Of a stretch of 34,296 bases of DNA, positions 1 through 9,039 are shown in pieces (the first letter of the stretch is position 1; each line of letters begins with the position of its first letter). This DNA comes from a virus (taxonomy: Duplodnaviria > Heunggongvirae > Uroviricota > Caudoviricetes). Position numbers and translations under genes: made by a program. Under the pieces are notes generated by a model, which was not told where the DNA came from, did no database searches, and saw only the letters and a list, made by a program, of their open reading frames with translations. Location of the stretch: the IMG/VR virus record IMGVR_UViG_2913128013_000001, positions 1 to 34,296 of that record; one strand, written 5' to 3'.

Positions 1-996
1 TTATGGACGCATTATGGACATTCCTGACACCGGGTTAAGAGTCACAGCATCTTGTAAGAAATCCGGTGCAAAGTGTGCGTAGGTCATAGTTTGCTGAATG
101 TTAGAATGACCCAGGATGCGCTGCAATGTGATTATGTTACCTCCATTCATTATAAAATGTGTGGCAAATGTATGCCTCAAAACATGTACTGCTTGTCCGT
201 CAGGTAAATCGGGTTTTACTTCCCGGAGAGCGTTACGCACTTTGTAGTAACTGGCATTAAAAAGCCTGCCTGAATTTTTGGTCTTGATCCGTTTAATCAG
301 ATCCTGCGAAACGGGAATTGTCCTGCGCTTTCCGTTTTTAGTTTTCATAAACGTAACCATCTGGTTAATGATGTGTTCAGCTTTTAAATTAGACACTTCA
401 CTCCAGCGTCCACCAGTAGAAAGGCAGACCAGCGTTGCATTTAATTCATCGCCATCAAGCATGGATAACAGCCGCGTAATCTCTTCACTGGACAAAAAAG
501 CCATTTCCGTAACAGCTTCACGTAACCGCTTCACCTCACGGAACGGGTTGTGAGAGTGGTATTCACCGGCGTCAATTAACTTGGTGAACATCCCGCTCAT
601 TATTGCCAGATGCCGATTTACGCTGGCTGGTTTTAGACCATCGTTCATCATTACAACGCGATAATCAGTTATCGTTTTCTTTGTTAGCTGGTCTGCTCTG
701 GACACTCCCATTTCTGCAAATTTGGCGATTATTGTCGTTAAACGCCCTCGTTCAATATCTCCACGCTCATGTGATTTTCCGTGATAGATCCACCATCTGC
801 CTAATAACTCTGTAAGAGTTCGGCGGTCGGCTGGCTTCTCTAACCACTCTTTGTTGTGGTAGTTAACCAGCACATGACGTTCGAATGCCTGAGCTTCACC
901 TTTAGTTTTAAATTTCCGCCTGATACGTTTTCCATCTGCACCCTGCGGTCTGACGTCCACTTCATAACGACCATCATCGAGCTTTTTAATAGACAT
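1..996 (-). CDS. int: Tyrosine-type site-specific integrase (P2 Int-like), 331 aa
   Basis: Complete ORF with stop at 1-3. C-terminal half carries the tyrosine recombinase signature (HVLRHTFATHF...GHSNIQQTMTYAHF). Sits next to the repressor on the same strand, as in P2. Confidence 0.9.
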   Translation of the reverse strand: MSIKKLDDGRYEVDVRPQGADGKRIRRKFKTKGEAQAFERHVLVNYHNKEWLEKPADRRTLTELLGRWWIYHGKSHERGDIERGRLTTIIAKFAEMGVSRADQLTKKTITDYRVVMMNDGLKPASVNRHLAIMSGMFTKLIDAGEYHSHNPFREVKRLREAVTEMAFLSSEEITRLLSMLDGDELNATLVCLSTGGRWSEVSNLKAEHIINQMVTFMKTKNGKRRTIPVSQDLIKRIKTKNSGRLFNASYYKVRNALREVKPDLPDGQAVHVLRHTFATHFIMNGGNIITLQRILGHSNIQQTMTYAHFAPDFLQDAVTLNPVSGMSIMRP

Positions 997-1089
997 AAAG
1001 CCCTCCGATGACGCTGTTTACTTTTACTACTTGAAAATTAATGCAATTTTCTATCGTACATTTACTGCACACATATGCTGAATAAATCG

Positions 1090-1401
1090 TCAGCCAGTCT
1101 TTTGGTCTGAGTGGTGCAAGGTTGTTGAGTCTTGCCCAATGTGCGCGAGCGCCGGGGCTATTTGTCCGCCAGCGGGATCAGTTTCATCAAACATAAACCA
1201 GTCACGGTACTTGCGAAATCTTTCTGGCTTGAAAAATTTCATACCTGCGTCAAAAGACATCTTTACTTTTCCCTGCTCATATCCAGCATAGGTGTTGTAG
1301 TTAATCCCAGTTAATTCAGCGACTTGCTTCCTTGTCATCCTTTCTGACTCCCTAATAAGTGCGAGCTTCTCTGCTTGAGATGTGATTTGTGTATTTGACA
1401 T
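1090..1401 (-). CDS. C: Immunity repressor C (P2 C-like), about 103 aa
   Basis: Start chosen at MSNTQITSQ (ATG at 1399-1401) rather than the upstream ORF extension. HTH region (RKQVAELTGINYNTYAGYEQGK) and C-terminal tail GQIAPALAH...QKTG match my recollection of the P2 C protein. Confidence 0.8.
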   Translation of the reverse strand: MSNTQITSQAEKLALIRESERMTRKQVAELTGINYNTYAGYEQGKVKMSFDAGMKFFKPERFRKYRDWFMFDETDPAGGQIAPALAHIGQDSTTLHHSDQKTG

Positions 1402-1505
1402 GAATTGTCGTATCTCGTAATTTATGTTGCATGCGACAAGCCAAAACAACGCAGAGCGGCTTCAAATAGCTCTGGTTGAATGGCACCAAAGTTGAGGATA
1501 TCAAA
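1402..1505. promoter_or_regulatory. Lysis/lysogeny switch region with expected face-to-face promoters (Pc leftward, Pe rightward) and repressor/Cox operators
   Basis: 104-bp AT-rich interval between divergently oriented C and cox starts. Inferred by analogy to the P2 switch; individual operators were not identified. Confidence 0.4.
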
Positions 1506-1862
1506 ATGAGTATTGGATCAGAAATGAATAACGATGTTGGAGAAAAAGTATCTGATCTCACAAAAAGTAAAAAATGTGACATCAAGCTCGCTGCCGCACC
1601 GTCGGATCTACTCTCGAAAGAGGGTTTTGCTCTTTACATCGGTAAGACGCCTCGCGCTGTAGCTGAAATGGCGAAAGCAGGCAAGCTGCCTGCCTTTTAC
1701 ATGGCAGACCCATTAAAGCCGGGAGGTCATGCTGAGTTATGGATTAATCGTCGTGAGTGGGACAAGTACGCAGCACAGCTAGTCGATGAAGCTCCATCAG
1801 AATGGCACGACTGGAAAAATCGCATTAGTTATAGCAAATCAAGACATGGCCGTGCGGCTTAA
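1506..1862 (+). CDS. cox: Cox-like regulatory protein / excision directionality factor, 118 aa
   Basis: First gene of the rightward early operon, opposite C. RBS GAGGA about 8 nt upstream of the ATG at 1506. Position and small basic DNA-binding character fit Cox, but it is longer than the 91-aa P2 Cox. Confidence 0.55.
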   Translation: MSIGSEMNNDVGEKVSDLTKSKKCDIKLAAAPSDLLSKEGFALYIGKTPRAVAEMAKAGKLPAFYMADPLKPGGHAELWINRREWDKYAAQLVDEAPSEWHDWKNRISYSKSRHGRAA

Positions 1863-1872
1863 GGTGGAAAGG

Positions 1873-2043
1873 ATGAAGGAGCCGCGTTGTATTGCTCAGT
1901 TATTGCGTAACGAAAGCCCCAGGGCGATTGACTTCACCATCACCCACGGGAAGGGACGCAAGGGAATCATTATCCGCACCAAAAAACAGAGTCCGTTAAA
2001 GAAGGCTCTGACCTTTCTGAAAAGCCGGAGGGTCTGGAAATGA
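1873..2043 (+). CDS. Small hypothetical early protein, 56 aa (P2 orf78 position)
   Basis: ATG at 1873 preceded by RBS GGTGGAAAGG. Stop overlaps the B start (ATGA at 2040-2043). Confidence 0.4.
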   Translation: MKEPRCIAQLLRNESPRAIDFTITHGKGRKGIIIRTKKQSPLKKALTFLKSRRVWK

Positions 2044-2540
2044 CAGTGATGACACTTAATCTCGTCGAAAAACAGCCAGCAACTATGCGCCGGATAATTG
2101 GTAAGCATCTGGCCGTCCCTCGCTGGCAGGAGACATGTGATTATTATAATCAGATGATGGAACGCGAACGGTTAACGGTTTGCTTCCATGCGCAGTTAAA
2201 ACAACGTCACGCAACGATGCGTTTTGACGAAATGAACGACGTCGAACGTGAACGGCTGGTTTGTGCAATTGATGAACTGCGTGGGGCATTCTCAAAACGC
2301 CGTCAGGTTGGTGCAAGTGAGTATGCATATATTAGTTTTTTAACCGTCAGTCAGCGCCGTACATTATTTATGCATGCCGGATTGACAGAAAAAGAATTTA
2401 ACCAGCCATACTGGCGAATTAATGAAGAGTCATGTTACTGGCGTGATGCTTTATTCCGTGCATTACGTGAATTATTCAGTCTGTTTGAGTATGCACCGAC
2501 AATTCTGACGTCGGTAAAACCAGAGCAATATCTGCATTAA
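2040..2540 (+). CDS. B: Replication protein B (helicase-loader-like), 166 aa
   Basis: 166-aa ORF starting MTVMTLNLVEKQ; same size and position as P2 gpB between cox and A. Confidence 0.8.
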   Translation: MTVMTLNLVEKQPATMRRIIGKHLAVPRWQETCDYYNQMMERERLTVCFHAQLKQRHATMRFDEMNDVERERLVCAIDELRGAFSKRRQVGASEYAYISFLTVSQRRTLFMHAGLTEKEFNQPYWRINEESCYWRDALFRALRELFSLFEYAPTILTSVKPEQYLH

Positions 2541-2603
2541 GTAATTAACCAGAGTTTTTAACGCACTTAATTGTGCGGGACTTCTTTTTGCCTGGAGAAA
2601 GTC

Positions 2604-2828
2604 ATGCATAGAGTTTCTGAAAATCAGAGCGGTAAATACGCATTACTGCTGCAACAGGCCAGAACCGAAGCACAGGCCGACGCAGCGACGCGCTTTTCTT
2701 CTCATCTTGACGCCATGATTCGCCAAATCACAAAGGCGGAGTTATCCCGCGTGGAGATAGTCGAGCTGCTCAGTCAGGAGTCGGAAAATTTTCACAATAT
2801 CGGATTGTCTCGCGGGGAGGTGCTTTGA
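2604..2828 (+). CDS. Hypothetical early protein, 74 aa (P2 orf80 position)
   Basis: ATG at 2604 preceded by GGAGAAAG. Stop overlaps the next start. Confidence 0.5.
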   Translation: MHRVSENQSGKYALLLQQARTEAQADAATRFSSHLDAMIRQITKAELSRVEIVELLSQESENFHNIGLSRGEVL

Positions 2829-3127
2829 TGTCCTGTTCTCGTTCAATTGTATTACTGAATAACGCCTTAAAAATCGCCGTTATGGAAAATGGCGATTTGT
2901 CTCTTATTCAACTTTGTCTTGATAAAGAAAAGCGCGACATAACTGAATCTGTTATCGCGATTTATCAGAGTGAATTAAATCTCCTGTCTGATGTGGTCAA
3001 TTTACTTGTTAAACGCGCTGTATTTCACAAGCAAATTTCCACCGTGGATGAACTGACAAAATTAACGACAGAAATCGCCAGTTATTGCGCTGATGTATCC
3101 AGGAAACTTAACGATAAAAGGAGCTGA
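2828..3127 (+). CDS. Hypothetical early protein, 99 aa (P2 orf81 position)
   Basis: ATG at 2828 preceded by GGGAGG; translationally coupled to the upstream ORF. Confidence 0.5.
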   Translation: MSCSRSIVLLNNALKIAVMENGDLSLIQLCLDKEKRDITESVIAIYQSELNLLSDVVNLLVKRAVFHKQISTVDELTKLTTEIASYCADVSRKLNDKRS

Positions 3128-3129
3128 TA

Positions 3130-3354
3130 ATGCCGGACAACGTAGATTTTATTCAGGAACAACAGGCTGAATTACTGGAGCGCCAGATTAACGCGGCAAG
3201 GGTAAAACATTGCGGTGCTTCTGCGCTGGTTTGCGAAGAGTGTGACGCGCCAATACCTGCTGCCCGTCGTGCGGCTTACCCGTCAGCCACGCGTTGTGTT
3301 TCCTGTCAGTCAGTCTTTGAAGCAAAAAACAAACATTACCGGAGAACGGCATGA
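3130..3354 (+). CDS. TraR/DksA-family C4 zinc-finger protein, 74 aa (P2 orf82 position)
   Basis: Four-cysteine motif CEECDAPIP...RCVSCQ in a 74-aa protein. RBS AAAAGGAG upstream of the ATG. Confidence 0.7.
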   Translation: MPDNVDFIQEQQAELLERQINAARVKHCGASALVCEECDAPIPAARRAAYPSATRCVSCQSVFEAKNKHYRRTA

Positions 3355-3626
3355 GTATTCGTATTGAAATTGGCGAACGTTATGTCGTTACCAGTGACAG
3401 CTTTCAGTTTATTCTCCACGAGAAAAAGAGAGCGGAAAGCGGTAAAAACGCCGGTCAGGAATGGCTGGCGGTGGTTGGTTATTACCCGAAATTAAGCCAG
3501 CTCGTTTCCGGCCTGATGCATCACGATATTCTGACCGGAAGCGCAAAGTCTTTTGCTGATTTAAACGCGCAGGTTGAGCAACTCAGCAAGCGTTGTTCAG
3601 AGGCTTTTGGCTCATATGGCCGTTAA
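3351..3626 (+). CDS. Hypothetical early protein, 91 aa (P2 orf83 position)
   Basis: ORF overlapping the preceding stop (ATGA) and the A start. Confidence 0.5.
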   Translation: MSIRIEIGERYVVTSDSFQFILHEKKRAESGKNAGQEWLAVVGYYPKLSQLVSGLMHHDILTGSAKSFADLNAQVEQLSKRCSEAFGSYGR

Positions 3627-5922
3627 AGCCTCCGGGCGTTTTGTCCCTCCGTCAGCATTTGCCGCAGGCACCGGTAAGACGTTTACCGGTGCTTATGCAT
3701 GGAACGCGCCACGCGAGGCTGTCGGGCGCGAAAGACCTCTTACACGTGACGAGATGCGTCAGGTGCAAGGTGTTTTATCCACGATTAACCGCCTGCCTTA
3801 TTTTTTGCGCTCGCTGTTTACTTCACGCTATGACTACATCCGGCGCAATAAAAGCCCGGTGCACGGGTTTTATTTCCTCACATCCACTTTTCAGCATCGT
3901 TTATGGCCGCGCATTGAGCGCGTGAATCAGCGCCATGAAATGAACACCGACGCGTCGTTGCTGTTTCTGGCAGAGCGTGACCACTATGCGCGTCTGCCGG
4001 GGATGAATGACAAGGAGCTGAAAAAGTTTGCCGCCCGTATTTCATCGCAGCTTTTCATGATGTATGAGGAACTCTGCGATGCCTGGGTGGATGCGCATGG
4101 CGAAAAAGAATCACTGTTTACGGATGAGGCGCAGGATCATCTGTATGGTCATGTTGCTGGCGCTGCACGTGCTTTCAATATTTCCCCGCTCTACTGGAAA
4201 AAATACCGTAAAGGACAGATAACCACGAGGCAGGCATATTCTGCCATTGCCCGTCTGTTTAACGATGAGTGGTGGACTCATCAGCTTAAAGGCCAGCGTA
4301 TGCGCTGGCATGAGGCGTTACTGATTGCTGTCGGGGAGGTCAATAAAGACCGTTCTCCTTATGCCAGTAAACATGCCATTCGTGATGTGCGTGCACGCCG
4401 CCAGGCAAATCTGGAGTTTCTTAAATCGTGTGACCTTGAAAATAAGGAAACCGGCGAGCGCATTGACCTTATCAGTAAGGTGATGGGCAGTATTTCTAAT
4501 CCTGAAATTCGCCGGATGGAGCTGATGAATACCATTGCCGGTATTGAGCGTTACGCCGCTGCAGAGGGTGATGTGGGGATGTTTATCACGCTGACCGCGC
4601 CGTCAAAGTATCACCCGACACGTCAGGTCGGAAAAGGCGAAAGTAAAACCGTCCAGCTAAATCACGGCTGGAACGATGAGGCATTTAATCCAAAGGATGC
4701 GCAGCGTTATCTCTGCCGTATCTGGAGCCTGATGCGCACGGCATTCAAGGATAATGATTTACAGGTCTACGGTTTGCGAGTCGTCGAGCCACACCACGAC
4801 GGAACGCCGCACTGGCATATGATGCTTTTTTGTAATCCACGCCAGCGTAACCAGATTATCGAAATCATGCGTCGCTATGCGCTCAAAGAGGATGGCGACG
4901 AAAGAGGAGCCGCGCGAAACCGTTTTCAGGCAAAACACCTTAACCGGGGCGGTGCTGCGGGGTATATCGCTAAATACATCTCAAAAAATATCGACGGCTA
5001 TGCACTGGATGGTCAGCTCGATAACGATACCGGCAGGCCGCTGAAAGACACTGCAGCGGCTGTTACCGCATGGGCGTCAACGTGGCGTATCCCGCAATTT
5101 AAAACGGTTGGTCTGCCGACAATGGGGGCTTACCGTGAACTACGCAAATTGCCTCGTGGCGTCAGCATTGCTGATGAGTTTGACGAACGCGTCGAGGCTG
5201 CACGCGCCGCCGCAGACAGTGGTGATTTTGCGTTGTATATCAGCGCGCAGGGTGGGGCAAATGTCCCGCGCGATTGTCAGACTGTCAGGGTTGCCCGTAG
5301 CCCGTCGGATGACGTTAACGAGTATGAGGAAGAAGTCGAGAGAGTGGTCGGCATTTACGCGCCGCATCTCGGCGCGCGTCATATTCATATCACCAGAACC
5401 ACGGACTGGCGCATTGTTCCGAAAGTTCCGGTCGTTGAGCCTTTGACTTTAAAAAGCGGCATCGCCGCGCCTCGGAGTCCTGTCAATAACTGTGGAAAGC
5501 TCACCGGTGGTGATACTTCATTACCGGCTCCCACGCCTTCTGAGCACGCCGCAGCAGTGCTTAATCTGGTTGATGACGGTGTTATCGAATGGAATGACCC
5601 GGAGGTCGTGAGGGCGCTCAGGGGCGCATTAAAACACGGGCTGAGAACACCAAATCGTCAGCAGAGAAACGGAAGCCCGTTAAAACAGTATGAAATGGCA
5701 CCATCGGCCAGACTGACCCGGTCGGAACGAGTGCAATTTACCCGTATCCGCGTTGACCTCGCTCAGAACGGTATCAGGCCGCAGCGATGGGAGCTTGAGG
5801 CGCTGGCGCGTGGAGCAACCGTAAATTATGACGGGAAAAAATTCACGTATCCGGTCGCTGATGAGTGGCTGGGATTCTCAACAGTAATGGAGTGGACATT
5901 ATGGCAAAAATTCACGAGGTAA
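3616..5922 (+). CDS. A: Replication initiation protein A (rolling-circle endonuclease), 768 aa
   Basis: Start chosen at MAVKASGRF (ATG 3616). Large protein with an HUH-type signature (EPHHDGTPHWHMMLF) and the AAGYIAKYISKN motif typical of rolling-circle initiators; size and position match P2 gpA. Confidence 0.85.
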   Translation: MAVKASGRFVPPSAFAAGTGKTFTGAYAWNAPREAVGRERPLTRDEMRQVQGVLSTINRLPYFLRSLFTSRYDYIRRNKSPVHGFYFLTSTFQHRLWPRIERVNQRHEMNTDASLLFLAERDHYARLPGMNDKELKKFAARISSQLFMMYEELCDAWVDAHGEKESLFTDEAQDHLYGHVAGAARAFNISPLYWKKYRKGQITTRQAYSAIARLFNDEWWTHQLKGQRMRWHEALLIAVGEVNKDRSPYASKHAIRDVRARRQANLEFLKSCDLENKETGERIDLISKVMGSISNPEIRRMELMNTIAGIERYAAAEGDVGMFITLTAPSKYHPTRQVGKGESKTVQLNHGWNDEAFNPKDAQRYLCRIWSLMRTAFKDNDLQVYGLRVVEPHHDGTPHWHMMLFCNPRQRNQIIEIMRRYALKEDGDERGAARNRFQAKHLNRGGAAGYIAKYISKNIDGYALDGQLDNDTGRPLKDTAAAVTAWASTWRIPQFKTVGLPTMGAYRELRKLPRGVSIADEFDERVEAARAAADSGDFALYISAQGGANVPRDCQTVRVARSPSDDVNEYEEEVERVVGIYAPHLGARHIHITRTTDWRIVPKVPVVEPLTLKSGIAAPRSPVNNCGKLTGGDTSLPAPTPSEHAAAVLNLVDDGVIEWNDPEVVRALRGALKHGLRTPNRQQRNGSPLKQYEMAPSARLTRSERVQFTRIRVDLAQNGIRPQRWELEALARGATVNYDGKKFTYPVADEWLGFSTVMEWTLWQKFTR

Positions 5923-6353
5923 AGCTGCACGCAAAATATTTCGACCTTGTGCTGGAAGGAAAGAAACGCGCAGAGTTTCGGAAAAATGACCGTAATTATG
6001 AGCGCGGGGACACGTTGATTTTGCATGAATGGGTGCAGGGTGTGTATACGGGGCGAAAGGTTGAAGCCCGGATAACAGATGTTACTGACCTGTCAGACTG
6101 GCTGGAAGATTATGTCTTGCTAAGTATTGAGCTGCTTAATACAGGTGCATATGAGATTGTGAACTGGAAAGAACTTAGTGAGCGTGGCCTGGTATTCAGA
6201 ATTAATCATGAAATTATGCATCAGCTCGGCCTTGCTGTTATGTATGAACCAGAGACGGGGATGTCTGGCGGGGCAATGGTTGCCACGGATGGAGCATGGA
6301 ACTATTCAGATGAACAGATTGAGCGTGCACAGCAAAACGGGTGGCTTGGATAA
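5901..6353 (+). CDS. ASCH/DUF3850-like (PUA-fold) protein, 150 aa
   Basis: ATG at 5901 with GGAG 8 nt upstream. N-terminus MAKIHEVKLHAKYFDLVLEGKKRAEFRKNDRNYERGDTLILHEW resembles the ASCH/DUF3850 family, from recollection. Confidence 0.55.
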   Translation: MAKIHEVKLHAKYFDLVLEGKKRAEFRKNDRNYERGDTLILHEWVQGVYTGRKVEARITDVTDLSDWLEDYVLLSIELLNTGAYEIVNWKELSERGLVFRINHEIMHQLGLAVMYEPETGMSGGAMVATDGAWNYSDEQIERAQQNGWLG

Positions 6354-6559
6354 TGCACAGAATACCAGGTGAGATACCGCACCATAAAACTAAAAATATC
6401 AAGCTGATGGCTATTGTTCAGCGTTTGCAGCAGATTATGGTCAACGAAAATCTGACGCCCGATGAGCTGGTCGGGTGTGCCGAAATAGTCCGGGATAATT
6501 ACGGGCGGCTTAACGATATCGGTCAGTCCAGAGTTATGCCACCACCACGCAGACGATAG
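6353..6559 (+). CDS. Small hypothetical protein, 68 aa
   Basis: ORF starting at an ATG overlapping the previous stop (TAATG). No recognisable motif. Confidence 0.3.
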   Translation: MHRIPGEIPHHKTKNIKLMAIVQRLQQIMVNENLTPDELVGCAEIVRDNYGRLNDIGQSRVMPPPRRR

Positions 6560-6788
6560 AGAACGCCGCCAGTCGTGAAACTTGTTTTCAGGGCTGGCGG
6601 GGTTGAACAACGAGCGAAGCGAGGCGTTAGTTGACAGTCATATTTTTACTGCGTTGGTGCTGGTTTTTGACGGTTGAAAGGAGTTAGCTCGGAGAGCTAA
6701 AGCTAACAACTTACAAATATTCAAAAGTAAGCTTCCTGTTGTTAACATAAGGTCGATTTTTTATGTGGATGATGCAAAAAGGATAGCT

Positions 6789-7520
6789 ATGGATACTGTA
6801 ATCGCTTTTCTATCACTCGCTTTTTTCGTTGCTTTTTTCATCGGGTTAATCAAACCATCACTGGTGCGGATGCCGAACCGTAAACGTGCAAGTGCGGTTT
6901 ATCTCGGAGGAGGTTTTGTATTGAGCATAATTGGTTCAATACTCTATCCAACAGAAAAAAGCCAGCCAGTTGCTAAAACTGATACATCAACCGTTGCAGA
7001 ACACCAAGTCCAAAAAACATTCGAATATGGTGGAAAAACACTCAAGGAATATCGGAACGAGCCAAAGAAAACTCGACACGATATTGTGAATAGTTACATT
7101 GATTTTAAGAAAGTGCCAGTCACCGCATCAGATGCATTTTATGCCTGCATGAGTGAATATACTTTTACCAAAGATGATGAGTTGAAACTCGGTGATGTTC
7201 TTGGGTGGTGCTTTAATGATTATGAAAATGACCCGAATTCACTAAACAATAAAATCAATCTTGATACATTTCAGAGTAATTTTAGTGGTTGGGATGGTTC
7301 TTATCGTCCATTGGAAAAACTAATTAAAGATAATATGAACGATGATTCATCTTATAAACATGTGTCAACGGTATATCATTTGGTTTTGAATAAAGACCCG
7401 CACGCCATTGTGAAAACCACATTTCGTGGCACTAATGCTTATGGAGGAGTAGTTAAACAGACTATTGCTGCGCGTGTCGACATCCGAACGGGCGAAGTCG
7501 TTTCAGTATTAGATAACTAA
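6789..7520 (+). CDS. Membrane-anchored hypothetical protein, 243 aa (cargo island A, gene 1)
   Basis: ATG at 6789 with AAGGA 6 nt upstream. Two predicted N-terminal transmembrane helices (VIAFLSLAFFVAFFIGLI and VYLGGGFVLSIIGSILYP) followed by a soluble domain of roughly 180 aa. Strongly AT-rich compared with flanking phage genes. Confidence 0.55.
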   Translation: MDTVIAFLSLAFFVAFFIGLIKPSLVRMPNRKRASAVYLGGGFVLSIIGSILYPTEKSQPVAKTDTSTVAEHQVQKTFEYGGKTLKEYRNEPKKTRHDIVNSYIDFKKVPVTASDAFYACMSEYTFTKDDELKLGDVLGWCFNDYENDPNSLNNKINLDTFQSNFSGWDGSYRPLEKLIKDNMNDDSSYKHVSTVYHLVLNKDPHAIVKTTFRGTNAYGGVVKQTIAARVDIRTGEVVSVLDN

Positions 7521-7523
7521 TCG

Positions 7524-7585
7524 TTGATGCCGTATTGACACTTGTTATACTAGTGGTGGAACGAGACTGCAATAGTCTGTTCCAC
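7524..7585 (+). promoter_or_regulatory. Sigma70-like promoter (TTGATG-16nt-TATACT) followed immediately by an imperfect 12-bp-arm inverted repeat (candidate operator or 5' stem-loop)
   Basis: TTGATG at 7524-7529 and TATACT at 7546-7551. Dyad GTGGAAC-g-AGACT (7556-7568) pairs with AGTCT-G-TTCCAC (7574-7585) with one bulge and a 5-nt loop. Confidence 0.35.
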
Positions 7586-7632
7586 TACAGGAGTAATTAC
7601 CTTGACTGTAAGTTGCTTTTATTGAGGGAACT

Positions 7633-8922
7633 ATGAAGTTTAAGACTGAATTGAGTCGAAAATTGCATGACTCGGTAGTGTTTGATTTGAAAAAAGACCT
7701 GGTAAAATTAGAGGGAAACCTAAAAAATACAGATTTGTTGTTGTCGTTTCAGTTCAAAATAATAAGGAATATAATTAGAAGTGAAAGGATGATCAAAGGA
7801 TTAAAGTCTTTCTTAGGGGAACTAAAGGCAACAAAAAGAAAAGGTGGTTTAAAAAAAGAACAATCTAAACTTATTAAGGAAAATATTAAGAGTGTTGAGC
7901 AGGTTATTGATGATGTGAAATTTAAAATATATATCTTCAAAATGTTTGGTGATAGTGTTGCTTTTTTGTATTTGGATAAGTTTGATATTAAGCATTTTTT
8001 TTATAATGTTGTGGATTACAGTCCCAAGGAGTCAGCGGGCTATATGGGAGGGAAGGATGGCTTAAAAGAAGAATGGGGATTGGTGAAGAAGGCCTGCAAG
8101 GCTGGTGTTCCTACGTTACTCAATGATATTACAATGAGTATGAGGCATGGTGATGTTTGTTTACTTGGTGAAGGTGCACCAGTACTGGTGGAGGTGAAAT
8201 CAAGTCAAAATAAAAATGATCGTGTTGAACGTCAAAAAAATAACCTTAATAGACTAGCTGAATTTTTAGCAGAAGATAAAGCTGAAGATTTTAGAGGGAT
8301 GCCATTAGTGTTAAGGAAAGAACTGTGTTTTTCAGAAGTTACATATAAAAAAGAATTTAATGAGCATCTGAATGTATGCAGGAAAAAAGGAATTTCATGG
8401 GTAAGGCTAGAAGATGGATTTTATGTGGTATCTAATCGTGGCTGTGATCTGGAAATAGCATTATCACAGTTGGATCTTAGAGGGAGGAAAATTGCACCTA
8501 TATTTTTGAATGAATATAAAAATAATCAATTGTGGGTTCCTTTAACTCCATTTGTTAATCTTATAAATGATGCGCGTGATTTGTGTGACTTTATAAATGG
8601 GGAGTTAACTATTCTCTGTGTTCTTGATTTGGATTGTTTTAAACAAATAGCTTTGAATGAAGGGTTTGAGCTTGTTTTTGTCGATGGTGAAGACTATTCG
8701 ATGATATTTAAAGAATTTGGTAGCTCATTGATTTGGGGTGTGTCATGGCAAATGATGCTTCGCACTCCTTTAGAAATGGTGTCAATGTCTTGGTTAATTA
8801 AAGATTCAATTGATAGATTTAAGCGTTTACAAAAGCAACATGCTGAGATGCAGCCTGCCACTGATGTTAATACATCCGAAACCTCCTTGTTTGAAAAATA
8901 TAGGCCTCTTTTTACAAAGTAG
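7633..8922 (+). CDS. Hypothetical protein with PD-(D/E)xK-like nuclease motif, 429 aa (cargo island A, gene 2)
   Basis: ATG at 7633 with GAGGGAA RBS. Very AT-rich and Lys-rich. Central motif E147...D165...D174(HGDVCLLG)...E187-V-K189(PVLVEVKSS) fits the restriction-endonuclease-like fold pattern. No Walker A motif seen. Confidence 0.6.
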   Translation: MKFKTELSRKLHDSVVFDLKKDLVKLEGNLKNTDLLLSFQFKIIRNIIRSERMIKGLKSFLGELKATKRKGGLKKEQSKLIKENIKSVEQVIDDVKFKIYIFKMFGDSVAFLYLDKFDIKHFFYNVVDYSPKESAGYMGGKDGLKEEWGLVKKACKAGVPTLLNDITMSMRHGDVCLLGEGAPVLVEVKSSQNKNDRVERQKNNLNRLAEFLAEDKAEDFRGMPLVLRKELCFSEVTYKKEFNEHLNVCRKKGISWVRLEDGFYVVSNRGCDLEIALSQLDLRGRKIAPIFLNEYKNNQLWVPLTPFVNLINDARDLCDFINGELTILCVLDLDCFKQIALNEGFELVFVDGEDYSMIFKEFGSSLIWGVSWQMMLRTPLEMVSMSWLIKDSIDRFKRLQKQHAEMQPATDVNTSETSLFEKYRPLFTK

Positions 8923-9011
8923 TCAGATGCTGTAGGTGTATATGCTATTGCATTAATTTGCATGCAAAACAAGTAGAGGTAAAACTCTTACAGGCTGCTT
9001 GGGGGATAGCT

Positions 9012-9039
9012 TTTGAATGCTAATGCATTTGCATTCAAA
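9012..9039. repeat. Perfect 9-bp inverted repeat with 10-nt spacer (TTTGAATGC-N10-GCATTCAAA) just left of cos
   Basis: Read directly from the sequence; the spacer contains the palindrome AATGCATT. A separate 12-bp perfect palindrome TTTGCATGCAAA lies at 8957-8968. Confidence 0.6.

Noticed and set aside
3574-3615. N-terminal ORF extensions upstream of gpA (3574), gpP (to 12083), gpO (12161), gpL (15000), C (to 1449) and ogr (33997)
   Set aside because: Internal start codons with better RBS spacing give proteins matching the expected P2 lengths; the extensions overlap upstream genes or promoter regions.
7552-7559. Shared 8-mer AGTGGTGG upstream of both cargo nuclease-like genes (7552-7559 and 27325-27332)
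   Set aside because: A single 8-bp match in 34 kb is within chance expectation; no extended similarity was seen between the two upstream regions.
6560-8922. Possibility that island A encodes P2 Tin and Old
   Set aside because: The proteins are 243 and 429 aa with no ATPase or TOPRIM motifs, and the sequences do not resemble what I recall of Old (an ATPase-nuclease of roughly 590 aa); the first being of similar size to Tin is not sufficient evidence.
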